Origin: an uncultured Chloroflexia bacterium | Lineage (GTDB): Bacteria; Chloroflexota; Anaerolineae; B4-G1; SLSP01 | NCBI GenBank assembly: GCA_963751345.1 | Contig: CAVVUS010000030.1 | Location: forward strand, 256,001-320,000 | DNA: 64,000 bases | Direction: 5' to 3' | Part shown: piece after piece, positions 52,408 through 63,132 of the stretch | Layout of the letters: each line of letters starts with the position of its first letter | Position numbering within the stretch: the stretch's first letter is position 1 | Program-made: the position numbers and the translations under genes | Notes under the pieces: generated by a model | Seen by the model: the letters and a program-made list of their open reading frames with translations, nothing else | Databases searched by the model: none | Told to the model about the DNA's origin: nothing

Positions 52408-52963
52408 ATGAACGAATCCGAAGCCAGATCTGAAACCCGCCTGCAAAAGTTCATGCACGGCGCACTGCGCTGGGCGCTCGTGGCGCTGTCGGCGTTTGTG
52501 TTGGGGGGGCTGCTGATCACCTTAGCGCTCTACGTCCCCACCCGGCAAAAGCTCGACAAAGCCAACGCCGCACTAGAGCAGGCCAACGCGACGATCACCG
52601 ACAAGACCGATCAAGTCACCACGTTGCAGGCGGACAACGAGACACTGCAAAGTGATCTGGATACCACTACGCTGCACATGGTCGTACTCGAGGCGTTGTC
52701 AGGTGTGCGCGGTGCCAGCCTGGCGGTGGCCGACGACGACTACGCCGGAGCGCGCCTGTCGTTGATCCAGGCCACTGAAGCGCTGAATACCTTGCCCAGT
52801 CTGCTTGGGAGTGGATCAAAAGGACGTGATCACCGCGATGCAACAGAGTGCAGCCCAGGCGTTGACCGACGTGCAGAGCAATCTCAAGTCGGCGCAGCCG
52901 GAGCTGGATTTGTTGGGGCAGAACTTGGTCCAGCTGGAGGACAGTCTGTTCCCCAACCCGTGA
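52408..52963 (+). CDS. Hypothetical single-TM coiled-coil protein, frameshifted near 52812
   Basis: AAGGAG RBS; TM then heptads; shifted frame ends LEDSLFPNP-stop. Confidence 0.65.
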
Positions 52964-53031
52964 AACTAGGTGGACACAGAGAATCGCACCCGCAAGGAAG
53001 AGGAAGAGACCCTAGGTTGACAGGCTTACCG

Positions 53032-54060
53032 ATGAACAAGCGTGGTATCGCGACGGTGATGACTCTCTTGATCCTGGCGCTGCTGGCATGTGTCAGTGCC
53101 ACTCCGCCCGGACAAGCGGTCCCGCCTGCGTACTCGGCGCTCACCCCTTCGCCGTTGTCCGGCAACAACCAGGACCCAGCGTATGCTGCCGCACAGGCTA
53201 CGCTGGCTGCCGGTCAGAGCGAGATGATGGAGCTATCTCATCAGGCCACCGTGGTCAGCCTGGCTATGGCCCAGGCCGCGGGCGTCGCAGCACAGGCCAC
53301 GCTTGACTATCACCAGCGCCAGTTAATGGAACTATCCATCCAGGGCACCGAGGTCAGCCAGAACATGGCCCGGGCCGCTGCCACGCAGCAGGCCATTATC
53401 GAGCAAGCCCAGATGGCACAGAACGCTACAGCCACGGCTCAAAGCCAGGCGGTTGCGGCCACAGCTCAAAGTCGGATTGCGGTGGCCACAGCTCAGAGCC
53501 AAGCGGCTACGGCCACTTATGCTGCCTACGTACTGAACGTCACACAAACAGCACAAGTCCAGGCGATTGCGGACGCCCGGGCCCGCGGCACGGCCCAAGC
53601 GCATGCAACGCTGACAGCCTATCCATTAACGGCCACACCGGCAGCTGCGATCCAGGCCTCCATCATACGAAACCGGGATGCAAGTGAACGACGGGTATTG
53701 TGGCAGGACTCGGTCGTCACCCCTTTGAAGGTTTTCCTATCAACACTGGTCGTTCTCCTGCTCATCGCGGGCGGGGTGATGGCCTATCGCCGGCTAATGC
53801 CGGTGGTGGAGTATCGCCTGCGTAACCCGCGGGGGAACGGCAACCCGATCGCTTTGCCTCTGACGGAGGGGACGATCGTGGAGCTCCATCCCCATCAATA
53901 CCGACTCATGCAGGGCGAACTACACCCATACGGACACCCTGAACTTGCGAGCGATGAAATGCCTCAGGTGGAAGTCATCGACCCGTCTGAGCCATTGATC
54001 ATCAACTGGATTACCGAAGCCGAGCGCAAGCTGCGCACCAAGGGAGAAATCCAGCTATGA
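53032..54060 (+). CDS. Hypothetical lipoprotein with A/T/Q-rich repeats and a TM helix
   Basis: Lipobox LLAC; ATAQS repeats; hydrophobic helix near C-terminus. Confidence 0.65.
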   Translation: MNKRGIATVMTLLILALLACVSATPPGQAVPPAYSALTPSPLSGNNQDPAYAAAQATLAAGQSEMMELSHQATVVSLAMAQAAGVAAQATLDYHQRQLMELSIQGTEVSQNMARAAATQQAIIEQAQMAQNATATAQSQAVAATAQSRIAVATAQSQAATATYAAYVLNVTQTAQVQAIADARARGTAQAHATLTAYPLTATPAAAIQASIIRNRDASERRVLWQDSVVTPLKVFLSTLVVLLLIAGGVMAYRRLMPVVEYRLRNPRGNGNPIALPLTEGTIVELHPHQYRLMQGELHPYGHPELASDEMPQVEVIDPSEPLIINWITEAERKLRTKGEIQL

Positions 54061-54362
54061 GCGCCGACCGTTACCTTGCCGCAGCCCGCACTGTAGCCCG
54101 ATCAATACCAGGCATCCTGGCACAACGCGGGCTTACGCCGTTCATCAGCCGCTTTGTTCTGACCGAGACAGAACAAGGCCATGCCTGGCTGTTTGTTGTC
54201 CTGGAGATCGGTCCTCAACAGCCCCTAGAAGACTACGCTGCTGATGATGTGTTGGAGTATCTGTCCACGGCACTACACGGGCTTCCGGTCGTCATGAGCG
54301 ATTCCTACGGCCTGCGGTATGCCGTGCTTCTCGGTTCCCCAGATATGTTAAGAAATCCTTAG
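54057..54362 (+). CDS. Hypothetical protein (101 aa)
   Basis: ATGA-coupled to the previous gene; protein-like composition. Confidence 0.65.
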   Translation: MSADRYLAAARTVARSIPGILAQRGLTPFISRFVLTETEQGHAWLFVVLEIGPQQPLEDYAADDVLEYLSTALHGLPVVMSDSYGLRYAVLLGSPDMLRNP

Positions 54363-54382
54363 CTAGATAGGAGACGGAAATC

Positions 54383-54553
54383 ATGAAACTCAGTGCACCC
54401 AAAGTTGTCACATTCTGGATTGCCGTGGTTCTGGTCGTCATCGGGGTCCTGGCTTCACTGGGAAGCATCCCTGCACTCTCTGCCTACGCCCTCTGGCTGG
54501 TAGTCATCGGGTTCGTTGTATTGGCTCTCGGGAACCTCATGAGGAATATGTAG
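54383..54553 (+). CDS. Small two-TM membrane protein (56 aa), not in ORF track
   Basis: AGGAG RBS; MKLSAPKVVTFWIAVVL...LALGNLMRNM-stop. Confidence 0.7.
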   Translation: MKLSAPKVVTFWIAVVLVVIGVLASLGSIPALSAYALWLVVIGFVVLALGNLMRNM

Positions 54554-54656
54554 CACTTTCGCCATCCGGCAGAAGCGCCGCACAGGAGCCTGTGGATCGC
54601 GCCGCGCATCCCCCAGAAGGGATCGAGAGACGCTTCGAGGGAGCACGACAACGAGA

Positions 54657-54690
54657 GAGGGCGCGCCGAGTCAGCCTCGTGCGCGCCCTC
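54657..54690 (-). terminator. GC-rich hairpin in the tRNA-Phe trailer
   Basis: GAGGGCGCGC..CGAG-loop-CTCG..GCGCGCCCTC. Confidence 0.55.
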
Positions 54691-54700
54691 TGCTTGCCTG

Positions 54701-54774
54701 TGCCGAGACCGAGAATCGAACTCGGGACACATGGATTTTCAGTCCACTGCTCTACCGGACTGAGCTATCTCGGC
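54701..54774 (-). tRNA. tRNA-Phe (GAA), CCA not encoded
   Basis: Cloverleaf: GCCGAGA/TCTCGGC acceptor, GCTC/GAGC D stem, GTGGA-CTGAAAA-TCCAT anticodon arm, CCGAG-TTCGATT-CTCGG T arm. Confidence 0.96.
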
Positions 54775-54786
54775 TAGGTGACGACC

Positions 54787-54814
54787 ATTGTAATAAAAGT
54801 GCCGCATTTGTCAA
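54787..54814 (-). promoter_or_regulatory. tRNA-Phe promoter
   Basis: TTGACA-N16-TACAAT. Confidence 0.75.
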
Positions 54815-54972
54815 GATGGATACTTCCAAACTTTCAAGAGCGTCAGAGACTATGGCGGTGTCCCAACCGGAGAGCCCAAAGCAGAGTCAACGATATAGCG
54901 GTTACGACGCCTAATTGCGTAGATATTGCAGAAGACGCATCCTAACGCCACGATAGGGTACAAATATCCACC

Positions 54973-56142
54973 TCAGTGTTTGTCATCAGTACCCTCAAAT
55001 ATAGCCAGAGATGCAATTACACCACAAAACAGAAACGAAAGGCCATAACTCGTCATCCGAAAGTCTAGAGCAGCACGTTGTACCGATGATAGCACCACTG
55101 CACACATTATAGGGATAGCCAAAACAATTGTGCCGTGCCCGAACATTACACTAAGATTGGTGCTTCCTCTCCAAGAAGATAAATACAGAGTGACAATTCC
55201 AGTCAGAGCAACTATGACGAGCTCTGGGTGAGGAAGAACCCCCCGAAATTGCCCAAGCTTGCCAGCCGTGTGAAGAGGCGAAAACCCGTGAGGATCATAG
55301 AGATAATACGGCAATGTAACCATAAAAAACACTAGGCAAACGATGCCACACTGGAAAAGTGCGTAGCGCCAGCCACGAAGCCGGACCAGGGTAGCAAACG
55401 CCAAAGGCAGTAGGAATATGAAGTTCAGCCGCGATGAAAGGCCGATGCCCAGCAATACTGCGCTTAGGATAGCTTGCCATCTTCGCCGATTCTGTAACTG
55501 GGCGGACTTGACCAGCCACAACATGAAAACGATTACGTAGATGCTATTTGCTAGTAGGTCTCCACCTGTGACAAGTTCCCGCATAACGCTGGGAGAGAAG
55601 ACAAGTACCACCCAGAAGACAAACAGAGGCTTACTCCAGCTTCTTGTGAAGGACCGACACATTATCACAAAAAGCAGCAGCCAGAATAGGTTCTGATAGG
55701 CGCTGTTGCCGAGCAGCACAAATGGCACAGCCAGAATCATCGCTCCAGGCAATGGACTGATTGGATTCTGTAGGTAGGTCCTCAAATAATAGGGATATTC
55801 TCCGCGCAATACTGCTCGTGTACCAATTTCGAGAGCATCGTCACGATCCGATCCAGGACCTAGGGCTCCGGAGTTGGCCAATGGATAGAGTATACGAAAC
55901 ACTACGAAAAGCGTAATCCATGTAACCGCCAGCAACCGCAGTGCAGCTCGCTCGCCAACTATGGGAACCCTGACCCGCTGGACTAGAACGTATCCGCAGT
56001 AAACCAACGTCCCCCCAAGGAGTGCATAAAGAATCGCACCGCCTACCCCTAAGTACTTTTGAATAGTCGCCATCGATGGGATGAGAAGTGAGAAACTAAG
56101 AAGCATAGTCCCTTCGAACCCCGATGATTCCAACTGTGACAT
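54973..56142 (-). CDS. Polytopic membrane protein, possibly GT-C glycosyltransferase-like; AT-richer than flanks
   Basis: Many TM helices; GSDRDDAL..G.YPY..NPISPLPG loop; start uncertain. Confidence 0.6.
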   Translation of the reverse strand: MSQLESSGFEGTMLLSFSLLIPSMATIQKYLGVGGAILYALLGGTLVYCGYVLVQRVRVPIVGERAALRLLAVTWITLFVVFRILYPLANSGALGPGSDRDDALEIGTRAVLRGEYPYYLRTYLQNPISPLPGAMILAVPFVLLGNSAYQNLFWLLLFVIMCRSFTRSWSKPLFVFWVVLVFSPSVMRELVTGGDLLANSIYVIVFMLWLVKSAQLQNRRRWQAILSAVLLGIGLSSRLNFIFLLPLAFATLVRLRGWRYALFQCGIVCLVFFMVTLPYYLYDPHGFSPLHTAGKLGQFRGVLPHPELVIVALTGIVTLYLSSWRGSTNLSVMFGHGTIVLAIPIMCAVVLSSVQRAALDFRMTSYGLSFLFCGVIASLAIFEGTDDKH

Positions 56143-56174
56143 TGCGTTTCGACTCCTAGAGTTTTGGCACCGAA

Positions 56175-57077
56175 CTAGCACACGATCGTCTCAAGGACCG
56201 CGTTCTGGGCGTGCAGCAGGTCGGCCTTGGCCTCGTAGACGTGATGGCCCAGATAGGCCATCGCATCCTCGGAGACCTCCTCACCCCGCGTGACGGGCGG
56301 ACAGGGCAGGAAGAGGACGTCAGGCGAGGCAGCTTTCAGCCGCTGGGCCGTGATCTGATAGGGAAGAAAGCGCTCCGCCACGCGGACGGCCTCGTCCTGA
56401 CCGGCACGGGCGGGCCAGCAGTCGGTGTAGACGACGTCGGCGTCCCTGAGCCCGGACACCAGGTCGTGGGTGACGTGCAGGCTACCGGTCGCGCCCTGCT
56501 GCACCGCCGACAGGAACGATGGGGCGACTGCGTACCCCTCGGGGCAGATCTGCACCACCTCAATCGGCAGCCGCGCGGCGGCCTCGAACCAGGGATGGCA
56601 GAGGTTCGTCGCCTCGCCGACAAACGCGACTTTGAGCCCGTCGAGGTGCCCGCGCTTCCGGCGGATATAGGCCAGGTCACCCAGGATCTCGCAGGGATGG
56701 TTGAAATCCGTCCGCGCGTTGATGACGGGGATCGCAGCAGCGGCAGCCAGACGCAGCATATGGCTGTGCAGGCGCGTCCGGGTCACGATACCGTCAAACC
56801 AGTTGGACAGATATGCTGCCACGTCCTCGATCGACTCCCGCTCGTCGAGCCGCCCGGGAATCCGGACGCCGATCCCGCCCATGGAGGCGATGCCCAACTC
56901 GAAGGCAACGCGGTTGCGAAAGCCCTCAGCATCCCAGATCAGCGCCAGGGACTTGCCTTTGAGAGGCTGTGGCATCTCCTTGAGCCGCCACGCCTCGCGC
57001 AGGGTGTCGGCAAGGTCAAGCAGGTCCGTGATCTCAGGCTCAGTGAAATCGAGGAACGTGACAAAGTCCTTTGGCAT
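56175..57077 (-). CDS. Ornithine carbamoyltransferase-like transcarbamylase with divergent motifs
   Basis: R.AFE, ESIED, PVINA..HPCE.LGD, DVVYTD, CPP..RGEEV. Confidence 0.8.
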   Translation of the reverse strand: MPKDFVTFLDFTEPEITDLLDLADTLREAWRLKEMPQPLKGKSLALIWDAEGFRNRVAFELGIASMGGIGVRIPGRLDERESIEDVAAYLSNWFDGIVTRTRLHSHMLRLAAAAAIPVINARTDFNHPCEILGDLAYIRRKRGHLDGLKVAFVGEATNLCHPWFEAAARLPIEVVQICPEGYAVAPSFLSAVQQGATGSLHVTHDLVSGLRDADVVYTDCWPARAGQDEAVRVAERFLPYQITAQRLKAASPDVLFLPCPPVTRGEEVSEDAMAYLGHHVYEAKADLLHAQNAVLETIVC

Positions 57078-57086
57078 TCTCTCTCC

Positions 57087-57653
57087 TCAGTTCAGTCGGC
57101 GCCCGACCTGCCTGCGCCGAATCGCAGCCACAATCGCGATGAGCAACAACACGAAACTGCCACCGACGAAGAGCCACTTGACCGGCGTGAAAACAGAGGC
57201 GAGTAGAGCTATCACCGGGGTTGGATCAGGATAGCGGGCCATCACGACGGAGGCGGAGACGTTCTCCAGATAGTCGAAAAGCGCGCCGACAAGCGGGGCC
57301 AGATTCGCAAGCTGCCATCGCGAATCGGACGCAAATGATCTACGCGTCAGCCAGCTAATCGACGTCACCAGGAAGAACGTGTAGACGATCGGGAACACCA
57401 GGTCAAAGGTGAAGCGGGCCCGGATGTAGTCGGCCCGGCCTTGTGCGCCGTAAGCCTCCGCCATCCGGTAGAGATCGCGTGGGGTGTAGAAGAAGGAGGT
57501 AGTCGGGGGACCCGACGTCCTCGGTGCCAGCAGACCTGAGCCGACTGTGCGGGCAGCACAAAGCGCCATGAACAGCAGGAATACTACAACTGCGCCGAGC
57601 GTCACCCAGCCCGTGGAGACATGGTGCAGCCAATTGGACATGCGCGTCAACAT
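57087..57653 (-). CDS. Hypothetical membrane protein
   Basis: YG..GR..Y...TFDLVFP; LFDYLEN; about four TM helices. Confidence 0.7.
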   Translation of the reverse strand: MLTRMSNWLHHVSTGWVTLGAVVVFLLFMALCAARTVGSGLLAPRTSGPPTTSFFYTPRDLYRMAEAYGAQGRADYIRARFTFDLVFPIVYTFFLVTSISWLTRRSFASDSRWQLANLAPLVGALFDYLENVSASVVMARYPDPTPVIALLASVFTPVKWLFVGGSFVLLLIAIVAAIRRRQVGRRLN

Positions 57654-57696
57654 TCAGCACCCCCGCCAATGACCGGTCGACACTGCGTCCAGCCCG

Positions 57697-58245
57697 TCAT
57701 GGCATCACCCGGGCCTCTTCCAACGGCCAATAGATCAGGATGACGTGACCTTCCACCGCCTCAATCGGCACAGGGCCCAATGCGCGGGAGTCGAGTGAAT
57801 TGGCACGGTTGTCACCAATGACAAACACGTATCCTTCCGGCACCTTCTGGGGAGGGCAGTCCGGCCCTCCCAGGTACGCAACCCACGGCTCGTCCAACCA
57901 CTCGCCATCGATCAGCACGCGCCCGCCTCGAACATCGATGGTCTCACCGGGCAAGCCTATCACGCGCTTTATCAGGGACACGGCTGTGCCGGGCCGATTT
58001 ACGACGACGACGTCACCACGATGAACCGGACCGAACCGATAGGACACCTTCTCCATCAGGACACGATAGCCGACATAGAGCGTCGGCTGCATACTCGGAC
58101 CGTTCTCGACCGATGCGGCTTCTGCAACGTAGACATTGATAAAGAGCGCCACTAACAGCGCGGGAATCACCGTGACGAGCAACTCCCTCAATGCCTTGCA
58201 CGCCCATATGGGCGCCCTCTCGATCCATTGTCTGTTCATCATCAT
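57697..58245 (-). CDS. lepB: Signal peptidase I
   Basis: SMQPTL, IKRVIGLPG, GDNRANSLDSR. Confidence 0.92.
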   Translation of the reverse strand: MMMNRQWIERAPIWACKALRELLVTVIPALLVALFINVYVAEAASVENGPSMQPTLYVGYRVLMEKVSYRFGPVHRGDVVVVNRPGTAVSLIKRVIGLPGETIDVRGGRVLIDGEWLDEPWVAYLGGPDCPPQKVPEGYVFVIGDNRANSLDSRALGPVPIEAVEGHVILIYWPLEEARVMP

Positions 58246-58508
58246 CGCGTCTCCCTCCGACAGTCGTCGGAATCTCGCGGCACATACCGAGCCTTCCAGC
58301 CGGCAGACTCGGTCTCGTCAACCGGGCCCGCTGATCAACAAGAGATTTTTGCGTCGCTTCCCGTGCTGACATTGGCCATTTCAGGCAAAGCCAGTATAAT
58401 GGGTGCTTGTGTTTGCGACCAGCGAGGTCGCGACGTCTAATATCAAGCAGTTTTCGCATCGTAGGGCCAGGAGTGCGACTTGGCTCGCGGAGCCAAGGAG
58501 TACACCAA

Positions 58509-59703
58509 GTGAGTTTCACACAGTTTTCACTCGACCCGCGCATCATGGGCGGCGTCGAGTCGGCGGGTTATACCGAGCCCACCCCCATTCAGCAGCAAGC
58601 CATCCCCGTCGTCCTCAAGAACCGTGACGTGATGGGCATCGCCCAGACCGGCACCGGCAAGACCGCAGCGTTCGCGTTGCCCATTCTGAACCGGCTCATC
58701 CAGAGCCGATCCCGCCACGTGCGAGCGCTGATCCTGGCGCCCACGCGCGAGCTGGCAGAGCAGATCCACGATATGATCGGGGAGCTTGGCCGGCAGACAA
58801 AGGTCCACAGCATCACCGTCTACGGCGGCGTGAGCAAGAATCCCACAGGTCGAGGCACTCCGGAGAGGCGCGGACATCGTCGTCGCATGCCCGGGACGGC
58901 TGCTCGACCTCCTGGGCGAACGTGCCATTGACCTGTCACACGTCGAGGTCCTGGTCCTGGACGAGGCGGACCGGATGTGCGATATGGGCTTCCTGCCCGA
59001 CATCCGCCGCATCCTCAAGGTGCTACCCGCACGGCGCCAGACGCTCTTCTTCTCGGCGACCATGCCTGACGATATCCGGGACCTGGCTGCCCACATCCTC
59101 AAGGATCCGGTCACGGTGCAGGTCGGCATGATCGCGCCGGCCAAGACGGTGTCGCACGCGCTCTATCCGGTGCCCCGGCACCTCAAGAAGGATCTGTTGC
59201 TGACGATGCTGGACCGAACCGCCACGGGGCGTGTGCTGGTCTTCACCCGCACCAAGCATCGTGCCAAGAACCTCGCGCGCGACCTGGCCAAGCAGAACAT
59301 CCGGGCTGCCGCGCTGCAGGGCAACATGTCGCAGAACCAGCGGCAGCGGGCGCTCGACGGCTTCCGCAGCGGCAAGGTCGACATCCTGGTCGCCACCGAC
59401 GTCGCCTCGCGCGGCATCGACGTGGCGGACATCACGCACGTGATCAACTTTGACATGCCCGACACCGTGGACGCCTATACCCACCGCATCGGGCGTACGG
59501 GCCGTGTGGATGCCACCGGCGAGGCGCGGACCTTCGTCGAGCAGGACGATGAGCCGTTGGTACGCCAGATCGAGCACTTGCTGGGCAAGCGCATCGAGCG
59601 GCGGCGGCTGGAAGATTTCAACTACGGCGCGCCGGCCCCGCAGTCTCAATCGCAGGGCAATCGCTCCCGCGGATCGCGTCCGCCGCGGTCGCGACGGAAC
59701 TAA
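58509..59703 (+). CDS. DEAD-box RNA helicase, frameshifted near 58845
   Basis: PTPIQ, AQTGTGKT, PTRELA, DEAD, SAT, RGID, HRIGRTGR; TTGGCC-N17-TATAAT at 58372-58400. Confidence 0.93.
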
Positions 59704-59716
59704 CGCAAGCCAGATC

Positions 59717-59749
59717 ACAGGCCCCCGGTTGAAGCCGGGGGCCTGTTTT
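59717..59749 (+). terminator. Rho-independent terminator
   Basis: ACAGGCCCCCGG/CCGGGGGCCTGT stem followed by a T run. Confidence 0.85.
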
Positions 59750-59923
59750 GTAGGGAGCATCAAGATTGGACCAGTGAGAAGGCCGCACGGGGATGAAGTC
59801 CCCGTGCTACCAAGGCGGCGCCCGATGAATCGGGCTTTCAGACTCACAACCGAACCCCACTGCGCGGGACGCTGCCACCTGGCCCCGGAACCGATAAATC
59901 GGCACCTACGAACCCCAGGTCTG

Positions 59924-61283
59924 TCAGCGCGCTATTGCCCGCTCGCGGAGGATCTCGCTGAGCGGGTCGGCATGCCAGTGGGGTTTCGCCATCTGCGCCT
60001 GGATCCAATCGTCCATCAGGGCGCTGCACGCTGCCACGACGTCGGGCGCGTCGGCGGCGATGTTCGTCGTCTGGTAGGGGTCTGCCGTCATGTCATAGAG
60101 CTCGACGGGATCGAAGGCGTAGCCGTAGTCGTCGTAGGTGCGGATCATCAGGTGCGTCCGCGTGCGGACGGCGCGCTGGACGGTGTAGAGGCCACAGTCC
60201 CAGACGAGGGTGTCGCGGTCCAGCCCGTCAGGCCCCTGCAGGTTGGCCTTGAACGATGCGCCGTCCCATTCAGGCGGCGAAGGGATATCGAGCAGGTCGC
60301 AGAGCGTCGGCGCCAGGTCGACGTTGTAGAGGAAGGCGTCGGAGTGCCTGTCCGCGGCGGCGAGGCCGGGCGCCCGCACGATCAGCGGGACGTGGTGGAT
60401 GCACTCGTCCGCACAGACGTGATCCGAGTAGATGCCGTGCTCGCCGAAGGCGTCGCCGTGGTCGGCAGAGACGATCACGACCGCGTCGTCCAGGACGCCC
60501 TGCCGGTCCAGCTCGTCAAGTACCTCGGCAACATGGCTATCGGTGTAGGCGATGGCGGCGTCATAGCCCGTGACCATGTGCTCGAAGTCGGCACGGGAGG
60601 CGACCGCTCCGGGCATCAGGGGATAGGGGCTAACGTTGTCGCGGAACTGGCCCTGCGCCGTGAACGGCCCGGTGATCGCCTGGTGCGCGCGGATCGCGGC
60701 CTCGTCGGGCCAGGCCTGCGGGACCGGCGTATCCTGGAACCGGTCCGCCCACGACGCATCCATCTTGTAGGTGCGGTGGACGTCCCAGTAGTTGACGTGG
60801 AGGACATAGTCCTCTCGCTGAGCGTTGTGCTTGAGCCAACGGAGCACGGGCGCATTGACCTCGTCCGCGGTCTCGGCGCCGCCCTTGAGGTTGGGGGTGT
60901 GGAACTCGGACCAGCCATACATAAACCAGAGCGCGTTGTGGCGGTCGGCGAAGTTGGAGAAGCTGATGGTGTCGTAGCCGTGGCGCCGCAGTTGGCGCAT
61001 CAGCATCTCGTTGTCGGGCTGCGGCCCGCCGTAGGTTCGGGTCTGCAGATTGAACCGCGCCCCGGCCCCGTGGTTGGAGATCACGCCGTTGCGGATGCCG
61101 AAGCGCCCGGAGAACAAGCGCCGTCCGCGAGGGCAGACAGGGGGAGCTGGCGCAGTAGTAGTGGTCGAACGCGGTGCCCTCCGCGGCAAGCGCATCGAGG
61201 GTGGGCGAGGTGGGCCGCTCGTAGCCGTAGCAGCCCAGGTGATCCGGTCGAAGGCAGTCGATGTCGAAGTAGATGATGCGCAT
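59924..61283 (-). CDS. Sulfatase, frameshifted near 61120
   Basis: [20 protein letters not shown] (CxPxR), SADHGD, VPLI. Confidence 0.9.
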
Positions 61284-61372
61284 CTGTGATCTCCTCTCGC
61301 CAGATCCGACAGGACCAGATTCTTCGCCTTCGGCTAAGAATGACTTCCCCCAGCGATTGACTTGACCGTCTA

Positions 61373-62727
61373 CTATCCCAACTCTAGCGCCGCCAGCATC
61401 GCTTCGTTCGCGGTGAACTTGTGGCCGGGGTTGCCGCGACGCTCGGCCTCGGCTGCTTCGATCTCCGCCAACCGGATCACGTCCTTCTTGGTGATGAGCG
61501 GCTTGCGGAGATGGGACAACACATCGGTCAAAGCGGCTCGGGCTACATCGGGTGCCGTCGCTGACGGGTGAAGGGCCATGTGGGAGAGGACGGCCTCGAC
61601 ACAGCCTCGGGCATCCTTTCGGGCGAGGGCGACCTGGCCCTTGCTGGCGCTGCCGCGCCCAACCCGCCAGGAAGATGCCATCCATCGCCGCCTCGGAGTC
61701 GGGGTCGTAGGCCTCAAACGAGATGCCATCGACGGGATGACGCGGCGCCGGGTGCTTCACAAACGAGAAACGGGACACCGGCAGCCCGAAGTCCTCGCTC
61801 ACCCGGTCACCGATGCAGAAGATCACCGTGTCGACATCGAGCACGTGCGTTGTTCGCAGGGACTGTGCCTTGGTCTCTCCATCGGGCATCAGCACCAACG
61901 CAGTATCCTCGACCTCGAGGCCGGACACTCTCCCGGCACTATCGCTAAGGATGCGGCTGGGAGAGGAGAGAAAGCGGAAGTCGCAGTCGCGTGTCGGAGA
62001 TGGGCTCCTCGGCCCGCGGCAGCGCGGCAAGGATGAACTCCTTTGCGGCCATGGGGTCCTGGCCCACGGCCTCCATCCGCGTCGCGCACGCGCTCAATCT
62101 CCTGGTCGAGCGCAGCCAGGTCGAGATTGGCGGCGACGTAGGTAAGCTCCTGAGTGGTGAACTTGACCTCGGCGGGGCCACGGCGTGCCACGGCAACGAC
62201 CTCATCCACCTGCAGCTCACGCACCAACCAGTGGGCAATGTCGGCCATCACGTTGCCCACACCGATTAGGGCCACCCGCTTCCCGATGTCGAAGCGCTGG
62301 TCGCTGAAGGGTGGCAGGCCGTTGTAGTAGTAGATCACGTCCTTGGCATGATAGACACCCCGGAGGTGTTCCCCCGGCAGCCCCAGCCACTTCGTGCCCT
62401 GGGCACCCACGGCGACCACAATCGCGCCGAATCCCATCGCCGCGCAACTGCGATAGCGTGAGGTCCCCTTGTTCTCCAACCGCGACATTGCCGATATAGT
62501 GCACCCGCGGCATCTGGAGGATCTTGTGAAACTGAGTCGCGGAGCGCAGCCTTGATCCTGTGTTTGCTGTGATAGATGCCGTATTCGGCCAATCCACCCG
62601 GCTTGATGTCACGATTCAGCAGGATGACCTGAACCCCCTTTGCAGCCAGTTCCTGCGCAGCAAAGAGACCGGCGGGCCCTGCCCCAATGACCAGGACCAG
62701 GGCTTCAGTCGAGTGTTCTGCTTCCAT
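61373..62727 (-). CDS. FAD-dependent oxidoreductase (ferredoxin-NADP reductase-like), several frameshifts
   Basis: [28 protein letters not shown]....FT..EL, AGW pieces spread over different frames. Confidence 0.8.
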
Positions 62728-62859
62728 TTGTCCCCCCTTGGCACAGACTACGTGTCCGAACTAGGAATACAAACACTTAGGGCTGAGAATCGATATGGTC
62801 ATACCTAGCAGAAGCGGCTGGCGCCATGAGCAGCCAGCCGTGGGGCCCTCAAACCCAGG

Positions 62860-63132
62860 TCAATACGACCAGCGCCGAGGGCCTTGCTCGTCCGGCCCCT
62901 CGCCGGCTCGGAAACGCCGGTAGGGGCCTTCCATCAAGGATTCAACATCGGGACCGAAGATGAACTCAACGTGGGCCAGTGCCGCGCTGTCATAGCGGGT
63001 GTAGCTGCAGGAATCGCACCGCCAGGCGGGAAAGTCGGGCAGCGTGATCATGTGCGCGCCCCAACGGCGGAGAAAGGTGACCTTGGCGGGTTTCAGGCTC
63101 CCGAAGCTACAGTTGGGGCACGTATAGCTCAT
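62860..63132 (-). CDS. YgiT-type zinc finger protein
   Basis: CPNC...PAWRCDSC. Confidence 0.75.
   Translation of the reverse strand: MSYTCPNCSFGSLKPAKVTFLRRWGAHMITLPDFPAWRCDSCSYTRYDSAALAHVEFIFGPDVESLMEGPYRRFRAGEGPDEQGPRRWSY

Noticed and set aside
52339-54060. Single 573-aa protein
   Set aside because: Two genes joined by an indel near 52812: the first stops at 52963 and the second starts with its own lipoprotein signal at 53032.
54900-54972. Canonical attC after the AT-rich gene
   Set aside because: GGCGTTAGG is present but there is no matching RYYYAAC arm or extended palindrome.
60630-62030. Oxidoreductase-sulfatase fusion ORF
   Set aside because: Frameshift read-through; the sulfatase has its own RBS and ATG at 61283.
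20578-62727. Mass pseudogenisation or programmed frameshifting
   Set aside because: Single-base shifts hit many unrelated genes including grpE, with motifs otherwise intact and no shared slippery site; assembly error is more likely. Read polishing would decide.
62860-63132. MqsRA-type toxin-antitoxin
   Set aside because: Zinc finger only, with no HTH and no adjacent toxin; it is coupled to deoC.
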